64,000 nt of DNA from positions 332,418 to 396,417 of the forward strand of contig CM082591.2 in the NCBI GenBank assembly GCA_040954595.2, in the 5' to 3' direction. The translations under genes were made by a program, and so were the position numbers. Below the pieces are notes generated by a model, which saw only the letters and a list, made by a program, of their open reading frames with translations, was not told the origin of the DNA and ran no database searches. Every line of letters starts with the position of its first letter. Positions within the stretch are counted from its first letter, which is position 1. The stretch is from Balanoglossus misakiensis. Taxonomy: Eukaryota; Animalia; Hemichordata. Positions 11,473 through 24,400 of the stretch are shown in pieces.

Positions 11473-13183
11473 GACTGTAAAGACGTCGAATTTTACTGAA
11501 AGAAATGAATGGATATGTCATCAAAAACGTATCTACAAGCAGTAAATTGCATGCAAACATTTTTATGATGAAAACACTTCTAACCATTCATACCCAAGAA
11601 AACATGTCAACGACCAACGCAACAAATTCAATGGACCAACAACTCATGAGGGAAAATTTAAAACTCACACAAGCATATGATCAACACAACACTAGATGGC
11701 GCTAGCTAACTTGAAGGCGCATGTCAGGGTTGGTTAGTCTGAAGTTAAACGAGGAAGTCAACCTATTTTCATTAAAACAGACCAAAGAAATCCCTGAAAC
11801 GTCACCATCCTCACACTTCCCATATCCCGTTCAGCAGGATGTAACTATGCAATATTGAACTGAGCACGCAGCAGGCGCTCAGCCAGAAAATAGTATTTTA
11901 TTGATCGGTCTATTGACTAAGCCTTGTGTGTGTTGACCTAGAAGTTAAACATAAAGCAAGTTGTGTTTGCTGTGTGGTTGTAATTCTGCCGGAATTGTTA
12001 TCAGAAATTTGATTGATGTTGGAGAAATACTACATAAAAATGTCAAATATTTGACACGGACACAGTGAAGTACCAACTGTCACGCACAGTGTCGAACTAA
12101 AACCTGGTTCACTCACCACTTTTAAATTAAGGTTGTTGGCCAGTTTTAATGAAATAAACTTAGGGTTGTGATATATGACTGTATCTGAAACGACACTGAC
12201 TGGAATCAAGTAACAAAACGAAAGTAAAATTGCAAGAGACAGAAAAATCATGACTGTGCGAAAATTGACAGCGACAAACACCGTAGGGACAATGTTTCGT
12301 CTCAAGGTAGACAGACTAATGTCACCTCGTGGCCATGACCAAATCTGTGTGGCTCCCCCCCCCCCCAAATCGACGTTGACATCCGTACCACCTGGCATAG
12401 AATGCAAATCATACTGATAGGGCATGAAAGCCCAGGTGGCAAACGACGTCACGCAAATTTTCCGCACCGCGTACATACATTTTACTTTGGCAAATATTGC
12501 TTGGATCATAGACAAGGCAGACTTTTCTCTTTGTCTGTGCTTGATTAAACGCAGTTGAATTTCAAAGACTGCTGTAGTTTGTTGTGCTGGGGTGACTTAC
12601 CTTGTTTCTGGAGATTTCACTCTCTGCAATCCGACTGGAGCTATTTTCTATCACTCCGAAAAAAATCAGCCTAGTGTCCGCGTTCGGTTCCGTCGTCTAA
12701 TTTCGAAAATAGACCATTTCGCTTTATTGTTCACGTGCCAAGAAGATCGTGTAAGTTATTGTTCCTCTCAGTCCCTGTCAGTACGTACGTGTTTCCACGC
12801 ACGAGTTCCTTATAAAAAGCACGTCATTGAGCAGCCTCGGCGTCCCTTCCACAATGTGTGTGTTGACCTGATGGGGTCAAGGGTCGTGTATCAGTCCCTT
12901 TGATAACCATTTTCTTCACTGCGCAGACACACTTCCTTGTTCAAACCACGGACAGCAAAATTTGTGTTCTAACCTTTTATTTTCCGCAAACTCTTCCTTT
13001 TTATTACAAACTCTCATAGGTTTACATCAACTCTGGTTCACTCACATACATTCCTGAAATCACAGCAAAAGCTCTTTTAGCTCAATACATGCAATATAAA
13101 TCATCTCGACGCTGGGTACATTTGAAAAAAGTCTGTGATTTTCAATATTATAATTTATGTTCAACATTATAACTCTGCATCAA

Positions 13184-14663
13184 TTACACCATATCTTTAG
13201 CATCAAACGTGTTGAGAAAAACAGAGCACTTGTCAAGCCATGCTATGGCATCGGCCATTTTTGTCGTTGGGTATTCCAGCTGTATGAGTCTACAGATACC
13301 CACGAGGTTGTTGTATCTTCTTCTGATGTCAAAGCCAAGAGCATGCTGAAGTTTGCGGAGACAGATTGGACACAGGAAGAGAGGTTGTGACATAGCTTCA
13401 TCAAGACTGCTGCTTTCATTCATCGCGCAGTCGAAGAAGACGCAGTGAGATAAACCGAACAAATGACAGGTTTCATGGCTTAGTACCTGCAAATGATCAC
13501 ATGATGCATTGCAATTATTCAAAGTGCTTGGCAAAATTCTATGTAAATCAGAAGTAAAATGAAAACAGTGCATTCCCCTCCAACCATTTGCATATCAATC
13601 CAAACCAACATTTTAATAAGCATCCCACCTTGATAAGTCTCCACAGAATCTCTCCGTCAATATCAGTGATGTCACCATCATCATCCGTCTTGTTGCCTTG
13701 GTAACTTCTCGGCTCGTAGCGACCAAAACTTAGAACAGCGCACTTGTTCTTATAGGAAGCCTCGCCAAGTACAAAGTTCAGGTCCTCACTTGGGTACAAA
13801 TCCGTCCACGTTATTCCAAGAACAAAGTCATTCTTAGTGCGTTTATTGACCAGACTGGGAAGCTTCGAATTGAGGTCGGATACCAAGATTTGTTTCTTGC
13901 CTGTGACTTTGTGACATCGAGTGGTACATCCTATGCTGTCTGCTTCCACAGAATCTAATATTTCTACTCTCATTCCAGCGAAAAAGGCACTAGCAAAATC
14001 TTGAAGGAGATGAAACAGTGGCTTTCCACTAACTTGGAAGCAACGTATGAAAGCAGGAAATTCTCCAACTGGTTGCAAGAATAGAGTTCTCTCGCGAGAT
14101 TTCCTTCCACAACTAAACAACGAACCCATCTCAAGCGCAACCTTCCATTGTGGAAAAGTCTGTCGTCCAACGATCGGAATTAGGTCTTTAGCAATGAAGA
14201 GTCGGTCTGTCTCTATCGGCTGCTTTTCGTCTTTAGTAGTAATTAACATGTCCTTTGCTTGTGTGGCGACCATGTTTGTGTCCGGGTTGGGCGTGGAGTT
14301 ACCTGCATCACGGCGCAAAGCGCTGAGGCATTCTTGCGACATATTGAACAGTTTCTTTTCTGCCAAATCGAATTCGGACGAGTCGAGTGTACCGACAAGA
14401 ACTCTAACTCGACGAGCATTTTCTTCAAGGCGTGTTAGCTTCTTACAAAACATGATTCTGGCGAATTTTACACACAGTAATATGACTATAAAGTATGATA
14501 CTGCCAAGACAACATTCAGAGACCCGCTTCCAACGAGATACACGAACGCTGCATATAACAGGAAAACACATAGTCTCCTCAACAAACCGATCAAAATTGT
14601 CAACATGCGCCGCGGTCTAGGTATAAAGCGCAGATCACGGGGACAAATCTTGTCTTCTAGCAT
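13184..14663 (-). CDS. Archaemetzincin (peptidase M54, AMZ1/AMZ2-like). Exons 14663-13629 and 13486-13184
   Basis: Spliced LWRLIK|VLSHETCHLFGLSHCVFFDCAM...LCPICLRKLQ gives HExxHxxGxxH, CxxxxCxM and CPIC. Upstream ITWTDLYP..LNFVLGEA..VLSFGRY is typical of archaemetzincins. 142-bp GT-AG intron. Confidence 0.93.
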
Positions 14664-14719
14664 ACCTGCAGCTTGGCTAAAACGACTTCGTTGGACTTGG
14701 AGTTGCTAAGACCCTGATC

Positions 14720-14791
14720 CCGGAAGTAAAGTTGTCATTTTTGGTCAAATCGAGTCGGCCACAGAATCAGATTCGATTCTGAATATGGCGG
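14720..14791. promoter_or_regulatory. Candidate promoter of the archaemetzincin gene (ETS and YY1-like motifs)
   Basis: CCGGAAGT at 14720-14727 and AATATGGCGG at 14782-14791, in a CpG-containing stretch ~60-130 bp upstream of the ATG. Confidence 0.5.
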
Positions 14792-15169
14792 AGGCTGACA
14801 CTGGTCCCTGTCCTTATCCGACCGCTAGCTGGCGCTGTGCCACGGAGCGATAGAGAAGGAGAGAAGGATTTACATGTATAATAATACTTAATAAAGGCTG
14901 CAATAGTCACCATAGATCACTGGAGAAATATGTGCCAATCAAACATGTTTCTTTTGTGTTTGGATCAGGGCAGGGACAGCAGCTAGCATCATCCTTAATT
15001 ACCGGTATATTTAGAATCGAACCTGATTCCGTAACCGACTCAATTTAACTACAAAGTGAGCCAGCCGTGTATTTGTGGTTTATAACTTCTAAAATCACTG
15101 AGCATAGCGAGTGTACTTTGCAAATAAAACAATCAGAGACAGATTCATGCACTTCATATTTTCCTCAAT

Positions 15170-15175
15170 TTTATT
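15170..15175 (-). other. Candidate polyadenylation signal of MADD (implies a ~3.3 kb 3'UTR)
   Basis: AATAAA on the minus strand followed by T/GT-rich sequence, upstream of the archaemetzincin promoter. Confidence 0.4.
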
Positions 15176-15269
15176 CAACTTTTGACATTTTCACAAAGGG
15201 ATTATCACATGGATTTACAAAGCACTGCAAAATTTAACTACATTTGGTGGTCAGGTACAATAACACAAA

Positions 15270-15353
15270 CCCTTTCACCACCATGGTCTGGTCCAAACCC
15301 ATTGTTTTATATGGAAGGTTGGACCTCAATAAAGGACAATGGGGGTGAAAGGG
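15270..15353. mobile_element. ~85-bp MITE (copy 2, opposite orientation)
   Basis: ccctttcaccaccatgg...gggggtgaaaggg, reverse complement of copies 1 and 4; TSD degenerate. Confidence 0.8.
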
Positions 15354-18300
15354 TTATATAATGACAATTAAAACATATACCAGGAAGCAAAATCTCAGAA
15401 AATATCTAAATTCAAAGCTTTCTAATGTAATAAATACGGATGCTATTTTACAGAGAAGTTGTTTTAAGTAATAAAGCCAGGATATACACAAAAGTAGGAT
15501 TCATTTTGCTTTGATACAAATCACCACATTTATAGAATATATACTGCCTCATCCAATTGCTGCTAATTTGCATACACCATGGTAACAGTCTGTAAATCAG
15601 AATATAACCATGCATTAAATTAGCACACGACCTTGCTAAGGGTATATACAGCTTTCTATAAGATAGTCTTCAACTAAATGTAAATATGAAATAACTAAAT
15701 CCACAACAACAGAAATATACAAGACAGCAGATTATGTAAATTATTACATTATATTTACATTAGATTTCTGCATTAAAAAATCTTACAGTTTGTTTGCTTT
15801 ATGTAATTTCTATCAATCCACTCTGAATTGGAAATAAATACTTATGGGAAACACTTATTCAAGTTCTAAACACAGAGACACAGATCAGTCTTGCCTAGTT
15901 CCATTGTAGTTATTACAGTCAAACAAATATTTTTTTTTCAATGTTGATGGTCAACAGCAAGAAGTTAATAACCTTATCAATGTTGTAATATCGTCCTGAT
16001 CAATTCAATTTAATGTTGGTCAATACAATACATTAACGACCCCCCTCACCAGGTCAATATTACAACATGGACATGGCAAATATTGTCCCAATGCTGACAG
16101 TCAATAACAATAAATTAATGACCTTTACCAGGTCAATATTATAACAAAACACAGCTATCCCTAAACTGATATCTCATTGAAGGAAGTACATTCCAATTAT
16201 GTTAATTGAACTCTAAAACATGCTAATTGATTTTAAATCAACATACAATGTACTGATAAGATGATTTCTGTTTGACATAAATTACCAGTAATGTAATGAT
16301 AGCTTTTCATTCAATTCAACTTCAATAGTTATAAATAATTTGGGTTCTCTTGTGACCTCATCAAAAGCTCCAACACTTTCCCCACCCATCTACATGTATT
16401 CTCTTCTTTTCCCTTCCCTTTCTTTTTTCCCTTTCCCATTTCCTTCTCCTTGAAATATTCCTGTCACTGCCTGCAGTCTTCCATCTTTGAGAGGCATGAT
16501 AAACTCGTCAGATAAAAGTCGTCACTAACCCCAAATATCAGGTGCAAGTCACATGAGCATTACCCTTTCAGATAGATCAGGTGCAAGTCATGTGACTTAA
16601 CTTAAATCCAATAAAATATGAGAAAGAACTCATTTTTTCTGATGTGCATATTTAAATTTTGACAAGCTACATGCATAGAAGATTTTACAAACAAAATGTT
16701 AGTCAATGACGGTGTAAGACAGCTGGCTAAATCTCACATGAGAAATTTACACGTGGGGAAATGTGTTATATACAGGGTATATAACAATTTTTGGAGAAAT
16801 TTTTCTAGGTTTAGGCCTACTGGTAACTTTATCAGGAAATTAACTTCCCCAAATTTGCAATTTTAATTGGAATGTGTAAATGAGCCTTAAGGTTCATAAT
16901 AAATTTAGCTTCCAATCCACCTGATGTTTACTAGAGAATCTAAACTTTAGCAGATTGGGAAAAACAAACATTTTATTGCACAAAGAGTAACATGCTATAC
17001 AGGAAAGGAGTCTTCTACCCCCTCCTCCCCCTCCCCACCAAAGGAATCTTCTACCATTATCCACAATTCCTTTGTTTGCTATGATAGATTGGACCACACC
17101 ACTGGGAGCATGGGTATGAATGTGGTGACAATGAACACAGACTAAAGATGAACTAGCGAACTAACTATGATATGGATATTCAACCAATCTATCGATCTGT
17201 TTGTGGTTCACCACCTGTCATCAACACAGCAAAGATCATCAACAACAATTGACCGTAAATCTAAAGTTACCATAATAACACCTTTTAGCATCTGTGCCAC
17301 TGTTAACCTGTGCTATCAATAGTAGGCTTTCTTCTAAGTCATTTTCGAAGAGCTTAACAAGGGAATATTTAGTTGTGCGTGAAATATACAGTCATTCATA
17401 CTTCGTAAGAAGAATGTTCAGAATAAATATTTTCAGGGTTTCAAATGAGGTATCGTCATGCTATTCAGGCAGTGTTGTAGAGGATCAATGACAGATGTCT
17501 GGTGAACATTTTTGCCAAAGGTCATCTGAAACGCTTTCTGGAGATAAAAGGAGCTGATCCCTGATGTTTGATCAACTACCATTATCCAAGGCCTACAACC
17601 ACAAAAAGGCCTATATGGGGGTCACACACACACCATTAAGACGGTTCTGAAGCGTCTCAGATCAAATACCGTCTTAAAAAAACATGGTTAGGGTTAAACT
17701 CTGATAGTATTGGATAGGTTGATTGTCTCCTGGAAGATTCGCCTTGAGGGAAAACTTGCAGTAAATATGTTCAAAAGTTTCAAACCTGTAAAAGGTAATG
17801 AAATCTTCAGAAATGTTTCATTTTGATGTAAAATACAATCTACCGTTTTATTTTTAAAAATACAACTTGAGACTTGAAATTTTTCTGTTGGTATCTGTAA
17901 ACAGGGCTCTAAATTGGCCTCAAACCTGCATTAATACCAGATAAAAGCATGCATGATATTGATATATTTTATATTTTATGGATTATCAGAATTATCAGTT
18001 ATATACCAGTCCAGTAATGCTTTTCAAATTGACAAAAGTATAAATCTATCAGTACATGATATTGCAAAGTAATAGCAGATATTTCAACAGAGAAAGGCAG
18101 CTTGTTTGACTTCCCATAATGCAACTTGCAACACCTCCCTGATATCCAACAGCATAAAATGGTTTCCTTGTAAACTGGCTGCGATTTTCAATTTTGCTGA
18201 TGTTTATAAATCCAGTTTGTCTGCTGTGAAACCATTTTAAACATGGGTGAAGGTACGAAGTGCAACAGTGGAGTCAGAAATGCACTGATACGATTATCCT

Positions 18301-18455
18301 AATTAAAACTGTACAGTGTTGTAGCAGTAGTAAACAGTGCCCTCTACCCCTGGCAGTGTTCATCAGCCGTACCTAGGTATAACCACAGAAAACTGGTTGA
18401 ATGAATTATGGGATCATAGGCCTGGCTTCACCCCTTCCCCCCTCCTCCCAAATGA

Positions 18456-21400
18456 TTAATTGTCCTGTAAATATTCATTGCGTTTCATCGCCATTTTGGC
18501 CTCCATTTCTTTGCGATTATTCTCCGCACTTCTGGCTGCAGCAACATAGGAGAAAACACAAAGTACAGCGTAACAGATCTCATTAGCCATACTTGACTTG
18601 TAGCGTCTCTTGATAACTTCTTTGGATTGTGAATCTGGGAAAGGCAAGCAGAATAAGGGTCACTTTGAAACTTCATCTTAGAATACAAGAAGTATGCACA
18701 ACATTAAAATTTAGGCTACATGGACAAGAGTAAATTATAAGAAAGTAACTTACTGTATTCATGAATAATGAAGACATCTTTCTTCGTGTGGCATTTCTTG
18801 ATATCTTTCAACTCGATGAATTGCTACAAGCAAGAAAATAAAAGAAAATAAAGATATTTAATAAAAGGGATATTTATTCATCCTTCCTTGTTGTCTTGCT
18901 GTATGGTGATTGGTATACACGGCCTTGGAACATGGATTTTTATTTTGCCATCATCATGCCTGACCAATTACAAGCTCCCAATGCAGACACAAGATTGTGA
19001 TTGGCTCATGGATGAACTCTTTGCACTTCATGTCATCACACATGTTGTTACATGTACAAATGATGATTATAACTATGCCATTATACAAGTCAGTCTGCGT
19101 TACAACTGAGGGAGCTGTGGGCAAACAACTGGACATCGACCTGTGTGAATATTTGGACATTGCACATACCGGTATAGAAGGGAGAGACTAAGGACACAAA
19201 CACAAACCAGAAACCAAAACATTTGCCTTTTATCACTCTACCAGATAACCCTTTCACCCCCATTTCCTTTGTATATTGGTCCAACCCACTCCACTCAAAA
19301 CAGTGGGTTTGGTTCAAAGTCTGATGATCAAAGGTTAAGGAACAGATGTTTGACTGAGTAAAGAAAATGTAAAGAATTTGAATGAGGGTAGTTTTTTAAT
19401 TTGAAATAAATGTTTATCTTTTCATTCAAGACACAAAACAGGGTTAAGTGATCAAAACCTGAAAACAAATGTTTGGTTTGCAGACCTTTATTGATGGTCC
19501 TCACAGTTCACAAGTCAAAAATGCAGACAAAACGACAAATTTCACAAACTATTTTTTTTTTTACAGTTTGCTACTGACACCCAATCACATGCCATGATGA
19601 TATACCTCAAACTCCTTCACCACAGCAATGCATGATGGGAAATGAGAAGAGAACAGATTAGTGGTAAGAACAAAAAAAATTCAAAAGACGAATCAAGAGT
19701 CTACTAATGCCAGACTAGAATCAGTGAGGACCATCTCAAAAGATCTTGCATAAAAATTGGCACAGAAAATTCTGATTAAACTCACTCAAAAAGACTGCTT
19801 TAGAAATGACAGAAAAATATTGGTGGAATAAACTCCATTTGTGTAAGAAAGTGAAAGTGTACTCAGCAAAAATGCATGCAATGGTTGGAAAAAAATAATT
19901 TGACATCAAAAAATTCAAGTTTCAGGAGTGCAGAGCAAAAGGAAAACATATGCAGATTCTGTGCCATTGGAAGAGAGTGAAGAAATAAGAAAGCCAATTG
20001 AAGAGATGAAAATAAGATTGTTTTTTCTGTTTGTTTTTTTGAAGAGAAATTTTGAGACAGGCCTCCACTGATAAAAATATAGAGAAAGAGCAACACCGAT
20101 CTAGAACGAACGACTACAACTATGATGAATTAAAAGACAAAGAGAAGTGAAGTGCATGCAGAGAATTCCACAAAATTCAAATGCAACTCTTGGTGTCAAA
20201 CTAAAACATCTAACAGAAAAGAAACAATTCTTGACAGTGGCTCAGAGCTCCACATCAAACACACTACAGCACTATTTCTGTAACTATTTAATAATGCTCA
20301 TGCGTTGTAAATTTCACAAATGCCAGGATCACCCTCAGTTATGTTTTCCATCCAATAGACTATTCCAATTTCATAATTCCAAACTGATGCGACTTTTGCT
20401 CTGATTTTGACGCAAATCGGTTGTGTAGAAAGAACATTTTCTGATGATGTGGAATATAGTATATATTTTAAACATGTTTAGGGCAAATGTTATGGTATGT
20501 TAAGAAATAAAACTGAAGAAAAAGGTAAAAATAAAGATGGAAAATTAATCGATAAAAAATAAAGAATTAGCGGAAGGTGAAGTTGAATGAAAAATTGGAA
20601 AGTAAAGAAATACTACTGCTACACCTTGGGAAAGGTCATGAGGTCAGAGGCCAAAGGTCGACTGTCATGGCAACAAAACAGCACAGCTAATGAGATCTGG
20701 GCTACACCAAATAGGTCAGTCTGCCCCACTTGCGTTACTATGGTTAGAGCAGAGAGCAGGAGGCCCTACTAAGGTACTCTCCCCAGTTGGTAAGTTTGGA
20801 CGAGGATGACTTGGAGTTCAGAGGTGATTGATGGTCCTATGGGTTAATGAGAAAATTACAGGGAATGCATGTGTAAGAGCTCTGACTTTTTCCAGCAAGG
20901 CGATTATACTTAGGTTTTATTTACGCCTGTGGAGGGATGGGGGTGTAATAAGCCTTGTTGGTCAGAAGGAATTTGCCAAGAGCTCTTACAAGAAAAGGCA
21001 CCTGTGATGTTAAGAGGGGACTTCATTATTAACCGACAACCACAAGAGAGATGTGGTAACTATAGCAACTGGCATGTACACTACAGGAACAACAACTACA
21101 ATGTTAATTTTTACTAAAGCAGGCTTGCCAAAATCACGGGTACATTTGAATACAATGGTTACTATGGTGACAAAACCTAGGACTATGAGACGGCATTCAT
21201 GTAGTGATGTTACACTTAGCGTTGGGTCGTCTACTATGAACTTACTCTTGGCTATTCATTATTGTCATATTGTATGTTTGTTTTTGTTTATTTTCAGAAA
21301 GAGTGAAAAATGTTTTCATGCAAGCCCCAGGCAAAGCAGCAGCAGACAAAGGAGAGAAGAAAAAATGGAAAAAAGACACATTGTGATTTAGCATAGAGGT

Positions 21401-24400
21401 GATAAACAGGAACTGATGCAAAGCATCCGATGCTGAAAAAATTGCACATAGGCAAAAACGCTACTCACAACAGAAAAATTGGACGTGTGAATACAAACAC
21501 AAGACAAGACACATCGGCAGACAAACAGACAAACATAGACAAGACAAACACAAACAAGTAATTTCCTCTAACTTGTTTGGGGAATTCTACATTAACATGA
21601 ACTTTAAAGACAGGACTGCCTTGTCACAAAAATGTCTTGGCCAACCTTCCAAATAATATCAAGTAGCTCAGCAGACTCAGCTTTAAATTCTGAATAAATT
21701 TAAATTTTATGAATTTGAACTGTCAATGGATTCCCATGCTTTTCATTGCCACGTCAGTCAAACCCTAAAGTTTCCAATGGCAGTTGCCGAACCTCTCCAG
21801 AGGAATATCAGGATGAAAGGATTAAACTATAGACGACGTTAAGACCCAAATACAAATATACACCACATCACACAATGATACATTCAACACTGCATGTATA
21901 GACAATGTACGGAAAACACAAAAATCCACCATTACGTGTCTAAAAAGACAAATTATATCACACAGACAACGCTGTATGATTGAATCTTCACAGAAGTATA
22001 TTGTACAAACATTGACATCATGTCACTGCTACAAATATGGACATCCACAGAACAACAATGCACTGGGAAAATGCACTTGGAAATCTAAAATTTGGCGACC
22101 TTTATGTGAAACTTCATGCATCACAGATGATATGAAAAACAAGCATAGGCAACAGCAATGCTAAGCTATAGCAACTGTAGGGGACCTGTAAATTCATTTG
22201 CTACTTACCTTTGTGTGTGCAAACTTCAGTCCAATTCCTTCAAGCGTTACTTGTAATAAACCACCTTCTCCCGTTTTGACGTCTTGGATCGGGAATTCAC
22301 CTCCTAACTCATTGCCTGATAAAAGTGAAACAGTTTAGAATGCACAGACATCACTGTTGTTATCTCATTGTATTTTTATTCATTTGTAACTAGCTGTCTG
22401 GTCATCCATTCAGACGAAGGGGGCATTTAATACGTATTCCAAGATTACTACATTATTTTGTGGCATGATTTGTGTCACACACAACCATAAGATGCAAATA
22501 AGCAAAGAAGACACATGTAGATTACAAGTAGATTATGATGTCTTACCTCCGGCCAAACCATTTTGTCGAAGGGCCGCTTTCTCCATACTTTCTTTGACAC
22601 AATAGTAAAGCTCCCGGCACTGTGAACAAAACAAGAATAAGATTCTTTCTTGATAGTTTGAATCACCTTTGACAAGTGAATTTGAGAATTCTATTTGTAT
22701 CACCCCTATTTATGTACTTTTACGAGTAACATGAGGCAGTAACACATCACACTGGCTTAGACAGCACTCGGTACACGTATTTGAACTTCATCGTAGCAAG
22801 ACAGTCTCTGTCATTAAGAATGTATCACTACAGTACGGAATATGGAAACAACAAATACTGACAGTATTATGCCACTCTCTCGTACCTTCTTTGTGTAGAA
22901 TTTATCAAGTCTTGTTTCCTGGGCAACTCTTCTCCACAAACACAGCACTTTGGTTTTTGGACAGTACGTCATGTTGATCAGCTTCTCGTACCAACATCTG
23001 TCGCAAACGGCTCCATTGCCACTACGGATGATGATGGCATCATCGCAGACCTTTTGGCAGAGAGATAAAATGTTTTCTAAGACAGTCATTTTCAAACATT
23101 GTATTTTGTGCACCTGATTTCATATTTTCATTTTCACTTTTTACATTGTAAATCATCTGTTAACAAGTAAATTATCTGTAAAATGTGATATTAAAGAAAA
23201 GTATTAAACAAACCTCCATGAAGAGTACGTCTCCTCTTGTATCTGTGCCAGCATGAACCACAAAAGAATGTTTTCTCATCTGCCGACTCACACTGGGTTT
23301 CAGATCAATATCATTCCCATGCTGACAAAACATTAAAAGAATAATAAGGAAAAAAAATAATGGTAGACTGTATGGTTTGAAGTGCATTTGAGAGAGTGTC
23401 AATCTCTGTTTAAAAGTCTGCTGGTCCAATTTCACTTTTCAAATGAACTGAGCTACTAAAAAGCAAGACAGAATGGGAATCCATGCCTCTACTGCAAAAG
23501 ATGTCTTCAAAGACCCTTACCAGGTTGTTAATTTCATCCAAGAGTTCGTTGACTTCTTGACTTTGCGCAAGACCTATATGGGATTTTCCAAGGAGTCGTC
23601 TAATCTTCTTCTTCACCTCCGGTTTAGGAACCTTCATCATGACCATGTAACCAACCATATTATGCAGCATAGTGGCAAGAAGTTTGTCTTCATCTTCTTC
23701 CAGACGTCTCTGTTCCAAGTAGCCAAGCCCGAAATATCTGAGGAAATGAGAGCGGTTGATCACAATATCAGAGGCTATATAAATAAAACATATCAACTGT
23801 CAAACTCGTACCCACCATACACACACACTCGCACAGGTGTCTGTCTAGCCATACTCCCCTATCACATTCAACAAGAGCCAATATATGATACACATCCATC
23901 AAAACCAACCTTGACATCATCTCTGTCGGTCCTTGATCCATTCCCACTGCATCTCTCTCCGCGGCAACAGCATCCAGGAAAGTGTCTTCCCAGAATTGCA
24001 TTTTATTCCAGAGGGATGACCGGTCTTTGCCTGTCAAAGTTACAGTGGAAAGAACAAAAATTAGGGATCTCCAGAGGGTTTGCAAGGGACAGATTCATCA
24101 ATTTAGATTCCTTCTGTTGTTCTTTTTTAAGGAAGAGATCATATTCATTCAGAAGCAGCCAGTACATGAACATACATACATGCCAATTCAAAAATGAACA
24201 CACAACAGAGTGCTACCCTCTGCCGTTTGAGGCAAGTTTTTTCTACTTACCAATCAATCCTTCAAATAAATACTGCCTTGGTACTGCTTCAGGTGAGGTG
24301 GCCATATCAGTTGCAATCATATTGCCAGCGTGATAACGGAATCCTGCACTCACTCGACTTTTCGCGCTCCAAACACTTGGGAGACGTTTCCTGCGGGCAT

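Noticed and set aside
14047-14709. 220-aa plus-strand ORF
   Set aside because: Antisense shadow of the archaemetzincin exon
19860-20100. Pyrimidine-rich acceptor-like tracts in the long MADD intron
   Set aside because: No convincing in-frame donor found downstream
23473-24333. 286-aa plus-strand ORF
   Set aside because: Antisense to MADD exons and introns, with no recognisable domain
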